From Oceanispirochaeta sp. (GTDB lineage Bacteria; Spirochaetota; Spirochaetia; DSM-2461): a stretch of DNA of 64,000 nt. This document shows, in pieces, positions 29,052 to 39,001 of the stretch. The position numbers were made by a program, and so were the translations under genes. The notes beneath the pieces were generated by a model. The model searched no databases. It was given only the letters and a program-made list of their open reading frames with translations, and was not told the DNA's origin. The number at the start of each line of letters is the position of its first letter. Position 1 is the first letter of the stretch. The stretch covers positions 1,152,001 through 1,216,000 of the forward strand of contig CAXXXD010000003.1 in the NCBI GenBank assembly GCA_963663385.2, given 5' to 3'.

Positions 29052-29464
29052 TGAATATGAAAAAGAAACCTGCCGTCTCATGGTTTACTATATTATGTCT
29101 CATCCTGCCCGTATTATTTACAGGCTGTCACCCGAAAAAACCTTCTAATATAACTCGGGAAAAGAATCTGCCTTACGAACTGGAGATGATTATTCCGGCG
29201 GAAGAGATGGAGGAAACCCTGGATGTAACGGCTCTGGTATCTGATCTGAAGGAGCAGGTGTCGGCTCTGGAAAAAGGTCTGAAAGGCGAAGATACACAAT
29301 TTATGAAAACAATTGATCCCTTACGGCAGTCCCTGAAGGATCTGGATGCCACATTGAAAGGTCTGGATCCTGTACTGAACGAGACTCGAGGCATGATAAA
29401 GGATGTACAGAATCAGATAGACAGGATCAGCAATCAGTTTAAAGAGGAATTTTCGGAAGAGTGA
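29051..29464 (+). CDS. Small coiled-coil lipoprotein
   Basis: Lipobox FTGC; heptad-rich C-terminus; TAATG overlap with mrfB. Confidence 0.7.
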   Translation: MNMKKKPAVSWFTILCLILPVLFTGCHPKKPSNITREKNLPYELEMIIPAEEMEETLDVTALVSDLKEQVSALEKGLKGEDTQFMKTIDPLRQSLKDLDATLKGLDPVLNETRGMIKDVQNQIDRISNQFKEEFSEE

Positions 29465-30225
29465 GATTCCCACCGGCTGATCATTCTTTTCCAGCGGGGA
29501 TGGTTTTCAAGACATTCAAAAAGACCGCTTTCGATCATACCCTCCCTGGGAATGGTCGCCCATTGTCTGCACTGGATTATTTCGAGGATATCAAGAGACT
29601 CTTCCGGGTGTCCCTGTGCCGCCAGGATTGATGCATAGGGAAAGGCGCTTACCCGCGGATCCAGTACCCAGGCTTTTTTAAAGAGGGATAACACCTTTTG
29701 GGGATGCTCTTCTCCTACCCACCAGACATAGCCCCTGTCTATACAGGAAAGGGCCAGGGCTGTCTTATCCCGCTTGTCTCTGGGTTTCTGCCTCTCTTTT
29801 TCAAGAATTGACATGGCCTCAATTAAAATACCGGCATGTTTAAGCCTAACTTTCTCAAGATTACTTTCAAACTGCTTCATAACAGGTTCGTTTCTTTCGT
29901 TGCGGGCAATCCCGACAGCAGACTCTCCCCTGTCGCTGGTGCTGTGAATCCGGACGTTATGGTCCAGGAGAAAAGCTATAGCCTCTTTACTACTGTAGTA
30001 GGACGCATGCATAAGAGGAGTCCAGCTCTCATTATCCCGTCCGTTTATATCTGCTCCGGATTTTAGGGCCTGATCAATAAGGGGTATGGAATTTGTCTGA
30101 CAGCCCAGAATCAGCAGGGTAAAGGGGGCAATCCCTTTTCTGATCATTCTGTTCACTTCGCCTTCGGGCATTTCCCTGCAGGCATCACGAATTTTCTCCT
30201 TCATGTTTTCTGTTAAAGAAAGCAC
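29434..30225 (-). CDS. Ankyrin-repeat protein with C-terminal TPR-like helices
   Basis: GADINGRDNESWTPLMHA, DRGESAV; GGAGG SD. Confidence 0.78.
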   Translation of the reverse strand: MLSLTENMKEKIRDACREMPEGEVNRMIRKGIAPFTLLILGCQTNSIPLIDQALKSGADINGRDNESWTPLMHASYYSSKEAIAFLLDHNVRIHSTSDRGESAVGIARNERNEPVMKQFESNLEKVRLKHAGILIEAMSILEKERQKPRDKRDKTALALSCIDRGYVWWVGEEHPQKVLSLFKKAWVLDPRVSAFPYASILAAQGHPEESLDILEIIQCRQWATIPREGMIESGLFECLENHPRWKRMISRWESHSSENSSLN

Positions 30226-30264
30226 ATATCCTCCCCGTGTTTCAGGATCATAACAGAGGTGATC

Positions 30265-30771
30265 TTAATTGTCGAGCTTGGGTAAAATCACTTTCAGCAT
30301 ATTTTCTATGGATTTAAAAGCAAATCGACCAAGAGGGACGCTGTTTTTTTGAACCAGCTCTATAGCGTCTATTTCATCTTCCTGTCTGATAAAATCCTCC
30401 GAGTCACATCGGGCTGTAAATAACAGATCGCAGGTTTTATAGGTGATCCCTTTGTAGGGGTAGGTATTGGGGTGGCTTGTCAGGTATGCAAGATCCCGGA
30501 TTTCCACACCGATTTCTTCCCTGATTTCCCTTCGGCAGGCGTCTTCTGCCGTCTCGTCCGGATCGATGAAACCACCGGGCAGGTCCCAAAGCCCTTTTCC
30601 GGGTTCCCTTCCTCTTTTCAGCAGAATGTACCGGTCTCCGCATTCGATCAGAACGGCAACGGCAGCAGCCGTATTATGGTAAATCTGAAAACCGCAGTTT
30701 TCACACATAATCTTTTTTTCATTAAGAAAGAGGGGCGCCGGTGCGGCACAATGGGGACAAAATCTGAACAT
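30265..30771 (-). CDS. NUDIX hydrolase with N-terminal zinc ribbon
   Basis: FCPHC...CENC, WDLPGGFIDPDETAEDACRREIREE; ATG 30771 with GGAGG. Confidence 0.88.
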   Translation of the reverse strand: MFRFCPHCAAPAPLFLNEKKIMCENCGFQIYHNTAAAVAVLIECGDRYILLKRGREPGKGLWDLPGGFIDPDETAEDACRREIREEIGVEIRDLAYLTSHPNTYPYKGITYKTCDLLFTARCDSEDFIRQEDEIDAIELVQKNSVPLGRFAFKSIENMLKVILPKLDN

Positions 30772-30819
30772 GAGAACTATCCTCCGTGACATATTTTCAA
30801 CAATGGATATAATTGAAGC

Positions 30820-31386
30820 ATGAACAGTATATGTGTTTTCTGCGGATCAAGCAGTGGGTTTGATGAGATTTATGCGAAAAAAGCTCTTATTTTAAGCCGT
30901 GAGATGGTAAAAAGAGGAATCCGCCTGGTTTACGGCGGAGGAAATGTCGGGTTGATGGGACTTTTAGCCACAACCGTTCTGGAAGAAGGCGGTAAAGTAA
31001 CGGGGATTATTCCGGAGGCGATTCATGCAATGGTTCCCTCTCTCCCGGGTGTAGAAACCATTGTGGTAGACAGTATGCATACAAGAAAACAGGCCATGCA
31101 TGACCGTTCAGACGGCTTTATTGCCCTTCCGGGAGGCATCGGTACTTTTGAGGAGCTTCTGGAAGCTTTTACATGGTCCCAGTTGGGGTTTCATCAGAAA
31201 CCGGTTGCCATTCTGAATACCAAATCCTACTATTCATCCCTTATAATGCAGCTCAATCATTCTGTAGATCAGGGATTTATGAAAGAGTCTCATAAAAACT
31301 CTCTTATCGTGGAAAAAGATCCGGCTGTTCTTCTGGACAGGATGAGCCGCTATATACCCCTTGTGGAAGATAAATGGGTCAAATAG
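30820..31386 (+). CDS. LOG family nucleotide phosphoribohydrolase
   Basis: ICVFCGSS, LVYGGG.VGLMG, PGGIGTFEE. Confidence 0.92.
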   Translation: MNSICVFCGSSSGFDEIYAKKALILSREMVKRGIRLVYGGGNVGLMGLLATTVLEEGGKVTGIIPEAIHAMVPSLPGVETIVVDSMHTRKQAMHDRSDGFIALPGGIGTFEELLEAFTWSQLGFHQKPVAILNTKSYYSSLIMQLNHSVDQGFMKESHKNSLIVEKDPAVLLDRMSRYIPLVEDKWVK

Positions 31387-31388
31387 GT

Positions 31389-32594
31389 TCAGCACCGGCC
31401 TGTCAGCAAACTTACGGGAATCCCTCCGTTTTTAAAGAGATACTTTTTCTCCCAATGCAGCCCCAGTGCTTTTTCAGCATCCAGACCGGGTATTATAATG
31501 CCCCATCTGACCGATTTGTAATCCCTTTGAATCTTTGATCCTATCTGCCGGAAAAAGGCCAGTCGGTCCTTCAATTCCAGACGCATCCCATAGGGAGGGT
31601 TCAGAATCAGAAGGGCTCTGTCCCGCTCCTGTCCTTTAACAGGACAGGGCGATTTGAAAAAATCATACTGATTGAAACACTGTGAAATTTCAAGTCCCGT
31701 TTCTGACAGGAGCTTCCAGTTTGCTTCCGCCGCTTTTAAAGAGTCAGCGTTGATATCTGATGCAAAAATCTTACACGGTTCTGACAAAGCCTCTTCTGCC
31801 TTCCTTACTATCCAGTCATAACGGGCCGGGCGGAAGGAAGGCCATAATTCAAAGGGAAAACGCCTGTTTTTGCCGGCGGGCAGACCGGCTGTGATAGATG
31901 CAGCTTCCAAAGTGAAAGTCCCGCTGCCGCACATGGGATCAATAAGGATAGAGTTCTCTGTCAAACCGGCTGCCATAAGAAGGGCCGCAGCCAGAGTTTC
32001 CCTCAAGGGCGCTTCATTTACATACTGCCTGTATCCCCTGTCATAAAGAGGCCCCCCTCCGGCATCCAGGCTCAAAGTAAAACGGTCATCTACACCGCGG
32101 ATCAGTATGGTTTGAATTCCCGCATCCACATGGGGCGAACTGTTTTCGATCAATAGGGGAGAACGTCCTTCCTGTTCTTCAAACCTGACCCTTATGCTTC
32201 TTTCCAGAGACTTACCGATATTATCCGTAACATGAAGGCGGCAGTGGCGGAGGGAAAAGCGCAGACGGTATTCGGCTCCCTCCTTAAGATAGAGTTCCCA
32301 GGGAAAGGACGATGTTTTATTCCGGAATTCCCTGAAGCCCTCAGCTCTGAACTGATGGAGTCTCAGGTAGAGACGGGAGGCACAGCGGGAAAGGTAGGCG
32401 CATCTCCAGAGATCTTCCATCTTTCCCGGGGCTGTAATACTACCCGGCTCCTCCTCCCTTTCCGGGTGTAATCCCAGGGCTTCAAGTTCATTTATAACCG
32501 GTTCTTCCAGTCCGGGGGTGACAGGTATGAAAATAGAGTGTTCTCCTGCCAGAATATGTTTTTTGACACGGCGGTCAAGGGCTTTATTATTCAT
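31389..32594 (-). CDS. THUMP-domain RNA methyltransferase (RlmL/YpsC-like)
   Basis: RGYR, APLRETLAA, DPMCGSGT, NPPYG; start 32594 or 32612. Confidence 0.85.
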   Translation of the reverse strand: MNNKALDRRVKKHILAGEHSIFIPVTPGLEEPVINELEALGLHPEREEEPGSITAPGKMEDLWRCAYLSRCASRLYLRLHQFRAEGFREFRNKTSSFPWELYLKEGAEYRLRFSLRHCRLHVTDNIGKSLERSIRVRFEEQEGRSPLLIENSSPHVDAGIQTILIRGVDDRFTLSLDAGGGPLYDRGYRQYVNEAPLRETLAAALLMAAGLTENSILIDPMCGSGTFTLEAASITAGLPAGKNRRFPFELWPSFRPARYDWIVRKAEEALSEPCKIFASDINADSLKAAEANWKLLSETGLEISQCFNQYDFFKSPCPVKGQERDRALLILNPPYGMRLELKDRLAFFRQIGSKIQRDYKSVRWGIIIPGLDAEKALGLHWEKKYLFKNGGIPVSLLTGRC

Positions 32595-32642
32595 ATGACT
32601 GGAAGGTAGCACAAAAACGGCCCTTCCGGTAAGGTAGGAAGC

Positions 32643-35096
32643 ATGATTAGTGAGGCTCTACCTGTCAAAAAGATCTTTCCCGAATTGAAAACACAGTGGG
32701 AAAGGGGAAAAACTCGATTTATCATCCAGGCTGAACCGGGAGCGGGGAAATCGACAGCAGTTCCCTGTTTTCTGCTGGAATCCCCTTTTTGTCCGGGGAA
32801 AGTGATTATGCTGGAACCCCGGAGGATGGCTGCCCGTTCACTGGCAGGGTTTCTCTCCTCTCAGAGAGGCGAAGCCCCGGGGCAGTCAATCGGGTACAGA
32901 GTGAGAGGCGAAAGCAGAGTCGGTTCCGGAACAAAACTGGAAATTGTAACAGAAGGTGTATTTATCCGTATGATCCAGGAGGATCCCGAACTTACCGGGG
33001 TTTCTGCCGTCATTCTGGATGAGTTCCATGAGCGAAACCTCTTCAGCGATCTGGCTTATGCTTTTCTAACGGATGTACAGGATAATCTGAGAGATGATCT
33101 GAGGGTCATCATCATGAGTGCCACTCCGGAAAAAGAATTGCTGGAAAAGGCATTTGTCGATGCGGTTTATCTTGAATCTCACGGCAGGATGTTTCCGGTC
33201 GAACTGCAGTGGGAGTCTTCATTTTCTGCCGATCTGAGGATTGACTATGGAAAAATACAGGCAGCCGTATTTCAGGGATTGAAAGATAAGCCGGGAGATA
33301 TCCTGGTTTTTCTGCCGGGAGAAGGGGAAATCTCCCGTTTTGAATCCCGGTTAAGGGAATCGGTTCTTTCAGAAACCTGTGAAATACTGCCTCTCTATGG
33401 ACGACTGTCTCTGAAAGAACAGGATAGGGTCTTTAAAACGTCTTCCATGAGAAAAGTTATTCTGGCTACATCCATTGCCGAAACCAGCCTGACCATACCC
33501 GGTATTACAACTGTTATAGACTCCGGACTGGAAAGACGACCCGTATTCAACAGGCACAGCGGCCTCACCCGTCTGGAAACACTTCCTGTTTCAAAGGCTT
33601 CTGCCGATCAGCGCAAGGGCCGGGCAGGGCGGATCTCAGAAGGCTTATGCATAAGGATGTGGTCGGAGGTTTTCCATGCCCGGCTGGATAACTTCAGGGA
33701 GCCGGAACTGCTTTCAACAGATCTATCCAGTCTTGTACTGGAAGCAGCCGTATGGGGCTGCAGCAGACCGGAAGATCTCAACTGGCTTGAAAATCCCCCA
33801 AAAGCCCACTTCTATCAGGCCAGAGAGTTGCTGATAATGCTTCAGGCTATTGATCGGGATGGCAGATTACAGAATAACGGAAAAAAAATGGCCCTAATGG
33901 GGCTTCATCCCCGCTTATCAGCCATGATTCTGGAAGGAAAGAGAGAAAAGGAGGAACAGACAGCCTGCTGTATTGCCGCCATACTGTCAGAGCGGGACTG
34001 GATGAATCGTAAGGGAGATTCGGATTTTAGCTCCCGTCTGCTTTCCCTGAAAAACGAAAACGATAGAAACCATCCCACTGTAAAAAGCATTAGAAAGCTC
34101 TGGGCATCTCTGACCGGGGGAAATATCAGACCGGATCAGGTAAAACCGGAAATAGCGGCGGATCTTCTTTTAACAGCCTATCCCGACAGAATTGCAATGA
34201 AACGGGAAGGCCTGTCCTATCAGCTTTCCGGAGGAGGCGCCTGCCGTCTGTCCGAAACAGATTCCCTGCAGGGCTGTGATTTTATTTTAGCCCTGGATAC
34301 AGGAGGGGCCGGTACGGAGTCGATGGTATTCCTGTCTCTACCCTTGAGCAGGGATCAGTTATTTCAAATCTGCCGCGATCTGATTCAGACAAATGAATCC
34401 GTTGAGTGGGATGAGGATAAAAACAGATTAAAATACAGAAAAATCACCACTCTGGGGTCTTTAATTCTTGGAGAACAACCTCTGACAAATCCTTCTGCCA
34501 ATCTCTCCTTTATACAATTCAAAAGAACTCTTATGAAAAAAGGCCTGTCCATTCTGCCGATGGATAAAGCAGATCAGTTATTTCTGAAACGCTGTCGTTT
34601 TCTGACAGTTCAAAACCCTGAACAGTACGACGGGCCTGATTTTTCTGATGAGAATCTGATTGAAAATATTGAAAACTGGTTTATTCCTCTTCTGGTCAAG
34701 GGGCGTCTGGAAGGTAAAATCCGGGAAGGGTTGAAGTCTCTGCTATCCTGGGATCAGCAGTGTCTGCTGGACAGGGTCGTCCCCGAAACCTACCGGGTCC
34801 CCTCAGGCCGCCGGATTAGGATTGACTACTCCGATCCGGAGCAGCCTGCCCTTGATGTAAGAATTCAGGAACTCTTCGGTTTAGGCGATACCCCCAGGAT
34901 CGCTGGCGAAATTCCATTGTTGTTCCGCCTGTTGAATCCTGCCGGAAGACCGATTCAAATGACCCGGGATCTTAAAAGTTTCTGGGAAAACACCTATCCG
35001 GAGGTGAGAAAGGAATTACGCGGCCGATATCCCAAGCATTACTGGCCGGAAAACCCGTATGACGCCATACCAACCAGCCGCGTTAAACCACGTTAA
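32643..35096 (+). CDS. hrpB: ATP-dependent helicase HrpB
   Basis: GAGKST, LEPRR, DEFHER, QRKGRAGR, C-terminal YPEVRKELRGRYPKHYWP. Confidence 0.93.
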   Translation: MISEALPVKKIFPELKTQWERGKTRFIIQAEPGAGKSTAVPCFLLESPFCPGKVIMLEPRRMAARSLAGFLSSQRGEAPGQSIGYRVRGESRVGSGTKLEIVTEGVFIRMIQEDPELTGVSAVILDEFHERNLFSDLAYAFLTDVQDNLRDDLRVIIMSATPEKELLEKAFVDAVYLESHGRMFPVELQWESSFSADLRIDYGKIQAAVFQGLKDKPGDILVFLPGEGEISRFESRLRESVLSETCEILPLYGRLSLKEQDRVFKTSSMRKVILATSIAETSLTIPGITTVIDSGLERRPVFNRHSGLTRLETLPVSKASADQRKGRAGRISEGLCIRMWSEVFHARLDNFREPELLSTDLSSLVLEAAVWGCSRPEDLNWLENPPKAHFYQARELLIMLQAIDRDGRLQNNGKKMALMGLHPRLSAMILEGKREKEEQTACCIAAILSERDWMNRKGDSDFSSRLLSLKNENDRNHPTVKSIRKLWASLTGGNIRPDQVKPEIAADLLLTAYPDRIAMKREGLSYQLSGGGACRLSETDSLQGCDFILALDTGGAGTESMVFLSLPLSRDQLFQICRDLIQTNESVEWDEDKNRLKYRKITTLGSLILGEQPLTNPSANLSFIQFKRTLMKKGLSILPMDKADQLFLKRCRFLTVQNPEQYDGPDFSDENLIENIENWFIPLLVKGRLEGKIREGLKSLLSWDQQCLLDRVVPETYRVPSGRRIRIDYSDPEQPALDVRIQELFGLGDTPRIAGEIPLLFRLLNPAGRPIQMTRDLKSFWENTYPEVRKELRGRYPKHYWPENPYDAIPTSRVKPR

Positions 35097-35109
35097 TCAA
35101 TCCCCGCCA

Positions 35110-35631
35110 TCAGATTATCGTTACCCGTTCGTCGAAGGCTTTTTTGACAGGACGCTTCTGGGGTTCGGTCATTTTACCGATAGGGAGGAGGATCCTTATA
35201 ATCCTGTCATCCCCCAGTCCGATCAGTCTTCCGATTTCGTCGGCACGGTTGTCCAGGCGCAGCCATCCGTCGATCCAGACGGAACCGTAGCCGAGAGCGG
35301 TAGCCGCAAGAAGTATGTTCTGGGTGGCGGCGGCGCAATCTTCTATTTCAAAGTCATGACCGAAGTAGACATCTTCGGGTTTTTTAGCGATATGACAGGC
35401 TATATAGGCAGGAGCACTGGCCATGGATCCGTTAGCCTGGGGCATATCATGGATGGTTTCTACTATTTTTTTATCCCGTATTATTATAAAACCAGTTGTC
35501 TGGGCGTTTTTTCCGGAAGGGGCGTCCAATCCTGCCTGGACGATTTTTTTGAGATCTTCAAGAGGAACTTCTCTCTGTTCCATTGCTTTCCTGTAACTGA
35601 ATCTGTTCATAACTACATCGAAAAAATCCAT
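35110..35631 (-). CDS. Nitroreductase family protein
   Basis: RFSYR, APSGKNAQ, QNILLAATALGYGSVW; GAGGAG SD before ATG 35631. Confidence 0.9.
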   Translation of the reverse strand: MDFFDVVMNRFSYRKAMEQREVPLEDLKKIVQAGLDAPSGKNAQTTGFIIIRDKKIVETIHDMPQANGSMASAPAYIACHIAKKPEDVYFGHDFEIEDCAAATQNILLAATALGYGSVWIDGWLRLDNRADEIGRLIGLGDDRIIRILLPIGKMTEPQKRPVKKAFDERVTII

Positions 35632-35782
35632 TATATTCTCCTCTCTGTCCATCATAATAGCGTTTCATCAAAGGATAGTCAAAATCCTTTGACAAGCGCC
35701 TACGATGTGTTAAATTTGTATTAGAAAGTGTTTCGTCTTTTGCTGGTTTTCTGAAGGGACTACTGTTGCATAGGAGGATTCC

Positions 35783-35986
35783 ATGGTTCAGAAACTGTAT
35801 TTTATTGAAGAAAACGAAGAGCTCGTCGGCGTTTACGAGGATCACGAATACGCCCGGGAAGAAGCTGTCTTTCTCAAAGAGGATCATCCCCTTGATCACT
35901 TCCGCCTGTTCAGTTTAACAGTCAGCGAACTGGATAACTATCCGGAGGCCTATGATTATGCCTGTGATGCGGGTATGTTGAATTGA
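35783..35986 (+). CDS. Small acidic hypothetical protein (67 aa)
   Basis: AGGAGGA SD; upstream TTGACA-N16-TAAATT at 35689-35716. Confidence 0.7.
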   Translation: MVQKLYFIEENEELVGVYEDHEYAREEAVFLKEDHPLDHFRLFSLTVSELDNYPEAYDYACDAGMLN

Positions 35987-36177
35987 CAGCTGCTTTTGCT
36001 GTTTTATTCTCTGGTTATCTCAAAATACTTTCTTATACGGAAGAAATATACCGTGTAGGACTTGACCGGTTTTCTTCCAATAAAAAAACATAAACCCTTT
36101 AATCTATTCCCTTTTGGTTTATAATGAATATACAGAACAATTAAGAATATCTCAAAAATGTAATTCAGGAGATTCGG

Positions 36178-37605
36178 ATGATAAAGAAGTCTTTTTTTTT
36201 AATATTACCTTTTCTATTGCTTTTTTCAGGCTGTGATGAAGCCTGGGATATTATGATTGAATTTAATCTGGTGGATGACGGGGGAAGTGATCATTCTGAT
36301 CCCACGGATGATTATACAAACTATACACTGGCAGGCGGCTATCCGGACCTGGATCTGGACGGGATCCCGGATGTTGCTGAGTTACCCAATACCAAATTTG
36401 AGGACATGCCTCTATATGACTGGGGAGCCAGACCTGCTCAAAGAGACTTATTTATACACGTTGCCACGATGGAAGTCGGGGATGAAGAAACAGATGGAGG
36501 ACTTCTTCTGCAGAAAAATGCCCTTGATAAGGTTGTGGCAGCTTTTGCTGCACAGGAAATTGCCGTGCATTTTGATGTGGGAAGCAAAGGGTTATATGAA
36601 GGGTATTCCGAAAGCAGTTCGGACACCTATAACCTGAGCGACCGGGATAATCAGGTTCCTTATGCCAAATCAATTCAGCTTTCTGAATCAGTTGTTAATC
36701 AAACTGGAGCAAATCCGGATGAATATGTATTCGTTAATGATTATAAAGATGAATATTTTCCCAGTAAAAGAGAGAATATATTCTATTTTCTTGTAATTGG
36801 CAGCTCTCAGGAAGAGGATGGTTCTGGTGGATCCTCAGGCATTTCCTGGTTAAACGGTGTAAGTTTCTTAGTTACACTTGCAGATTGGGACTATGTATTT
36901 GGTGATGGATGGACTATTGGCGGGATTGAAATGACCGCTGAACAAATGAAGAATAGAGCTGTAAATGGTCAAGCCGCAACAATAATGCATGAGTTCGGGC
37001 ATATCTTGGGTTTGAAACATGGTGGAAATATCAACGAGAACTACAAGCCAAACTACTATAGTATTATGAATTATTTATATCAAATCGATGGTCTACCAGA
37101 AATTGGAAATAATGAAGGTGATCGTTATTATAAAGAGCAATTTATTCAGCAGTATTATTACAACGGAAACACAAATACCTCTTGGAAAGATTTTGTAACT
37201 TATTCGTCTTCTACTAATTGGTATATGAATGATTATGCCTTAATCAATGGTCCTTATACATCAACATTTAAAATAGATTACTCGCATGGAGATGGTGGTA
37301 GCTTAGATGAGAGTGGCAATCTAAATGAAAACTTAGGATTAAATCAGATCAGTTCAAATTCAATTGATTGGAATGCAAGCGGCTCTATTGAATCTGGAGT
37401 TGAATATGATATCAATTATTCTTGGACTAAAAACAATTATACAAATGATTCGACAACAGTATTACAAGATTATGATGACTGGAGTAATCTATATTATTAT
37501 TTTGCAAATAGGACCGCTGGAAAATCAAGAAATATTGATGAAAATCGGTTAGAAGTTGAATTTGAAGAAAAACCTCTTTTTCTTCCTACTGTTATAAGGA
37601 AATGA
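36178..37605 (+). CDS. Lipoprotein zinc metalloprotease (metzincin-type)
   Basis: Lipobox FSGC; DLDLDGIPD Ca-binding-like loop; HEFGHILGLKH (HExxHxxGxxH) and Met-turn SIMNY. Confidence 0.82.
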   Translation: MIKKSFFLILPFLLLFSGCDEAWDIMIEFNLVDDGGSDHSDPTDDYTNYTLAGGYPDLDLDGIPDVAELPNTKFEDMPLYDWGARPAQRDLFIHVATMEVGDEETDGGLLLQKNALDKVVAAFAAQEIAVHFDVGSKGLYEGYSESSSDTYNLSDRDNQVPYAKSIQLSESVVNQTGANPDEYVFVNDYKDEYFPSKRENIFYFLVIGSSQEEDGSGGSSGISWLNGVSFLVTLADWDYVFGDGWTIGGIEMTAEQMKNRAVNGQAATIMHEFGHILGLKHGGNINENYKPNYYSIMNYLYQIDGLPEIGNNEGDRYYKEQFIQQYYYNGNTNTSWKDFVTYSSSTNWYMNDYALINGPYTSTFKIDYSHGDGGSLDESGNLNENLGLNQISSNSIDWNASGSIESGVEYDINYSWTKNNYTNDSTTVLQDYDDWSNLYYYFANRTAGKSRNIDENRLEVEFEEKPLFLPTVIRK

Positions 37606-38174
37606 AGTTATCTATGAAAAATATGCTCGTATTAATTCCATTTATTCTGGTTTCGTGTTTAAGTTTTCAGCGTCAGTCAATGGATATAAAAAATGATTCT
37701 CTTGATATGAGTGCTGAAGGTATTATCCAGGAATTACAGATTGATGGATCAGAACTAACTATTCTTGATGAAAATAAAAAAATTAAGATTAATTTCTCAA
37801 ATATTATTGAGAGGGATTTAGATTCTTCAGTGTTAGTAGGTTACAAATACATATATATGTCCTCAAGAACTCCGGAGGGACCAGTCGAATATCTTTCAAT
37901 ATCAAATTCTGATGGTCTAACTGTATTTTTGGGAGATAGAATAGGATTAGGTCAAATTCCCGGTATTGATCTGAGTATTAATTATTCTTCTAATAAACAA
38001 GAATCGTTGGAAATTAGTGGAGAAGATGGCTCTTGGATTATTCAAGCTGGTAAGAAAAGGAAAATCTCAATCCAGGGGGAAATATTTAATACTTATCTTC
38101 TGAATTATCAAAAAGGAAACCCGGATCTTGATCAGCCTCCCTTTAAAGCAGACTTAATGCTGATCAGGCAGTAG
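37602..38174 (+). CDS. Lipoprotein of unknown function coupled to the protease
   Basis: Lipobox LVSC; ATGA overlap; AT-rich. Confidence 0.72.
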   Translation: MKLSMKNMLVLIPFILVSCLSFQRQSMDIKNDSLDMSAEGIIQELQIDGSELTILDENKKIKINFSNIIERDLDSSVLVGYKYIYMSSRTPEGPVEYLSISNSDGLTVFLGDRIGLGQIPGIDLSINYSSNKQESLEISGEDGSWIIQAGKKRKISIQGEIFNTYLLNYQKGNPDLDQPPFKADLMLIRQ

Positions 38175-38248
38175 CTCTGCGAAAAATCTGTAGGAAAAGC
38201 TTATGACAAATCTCCCGTCTGCATGGTATGGTTGTGGACGGAGGATTT

Positions 38249-39001
38249 ATGAGCAGTATTAAACCACCTCAGCCTAAAACCCTGGCGGCCGTGAAGTCAG
38301 GGGTCGTTATGAGCCTGATTGAAACTCTTCTTGAACAGGATACGGAGCTGAATGCATCCCTTCCGGCATCTTCCTTTGCTGTAACCCTTGCCGCACCGGG
38401 GGGAATCAGAAATACACTCTCCCTCAGAGGCGGTACAAAAGGGGCTACCCTCTATTTCCCCGCCTGGAAAGATATGATCAGGGTTCTGTCCGGAGAGAAA
38501 GGAACTGTTCTGCCTATCCCAACGGGTTTCCGGTTTATGAGTGCCCTGAATACCTTTCAAAAAAGTGCCGCTGCCGTTTCCCGTGTTATGGATATTGTTC
38601 CTGACCAGGATAATGAGGACGAACTGAAACTGAAAACGAAGATGCTCCTTACCGCAGCTTTAAGAGGGGTTTGTGAAGTATATAATTATGACCACTGGAC
38701 ACTGGTAAAATCCCGGCATATTCCTGAGGGGACCATTGCTGTCCGGATCAAAGATCATCCGGATATGGGAGCTGTAATACGGGTCGGAAACAATACGATG
38801 GAACTGGACCGGAAAAGAAATCAGGATAAGGTAAATGCGGTACTGGAGTTCAGCACTGTTTCGGTCTGCTACCAGGTACTGACAGGAGCCCTTCCGGCTC
38901 TGGGAGCTCTGGGGGACAGCCGGGTCATGATTATGGGGAAATTGCCGATGATTCAGGGATTGTTCCCTCTGCTGGATCGGTTTGGAGAGATAATGCAATG
39001 A
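38249..39001 (+). CDS. Hypothetical protein, possibly tandem SCP2-like lipid-binding folds
   Basis: GGAGG SD; C-terminal AVLEF......QVLTG......ALGDSRVMIMG resembles SCP2. Confidence 0.55.
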   Translation: MSSIKPPQPKTLAAVKSGVVMSLIETLLEQDTELNASLPASSFAVTLAAPGGIRNTLSLRGGTKGATLYFPAWKDMIRVLSGEKGTVLPIPTGFRFMSALNTFQKSAAAVSRVMDIVPDQDNEDELKLKTKMLLTAALRGVCEVYNYDHWTLVKSRHIPEGTIAVRIKDHPDMGAVIRVGNNTMELDRKRNQDKVNAVLEFSTVSVCYQVLTGALPALGALGDSRVMIMGKLPMIQGLFPLLDRFGEIMQ

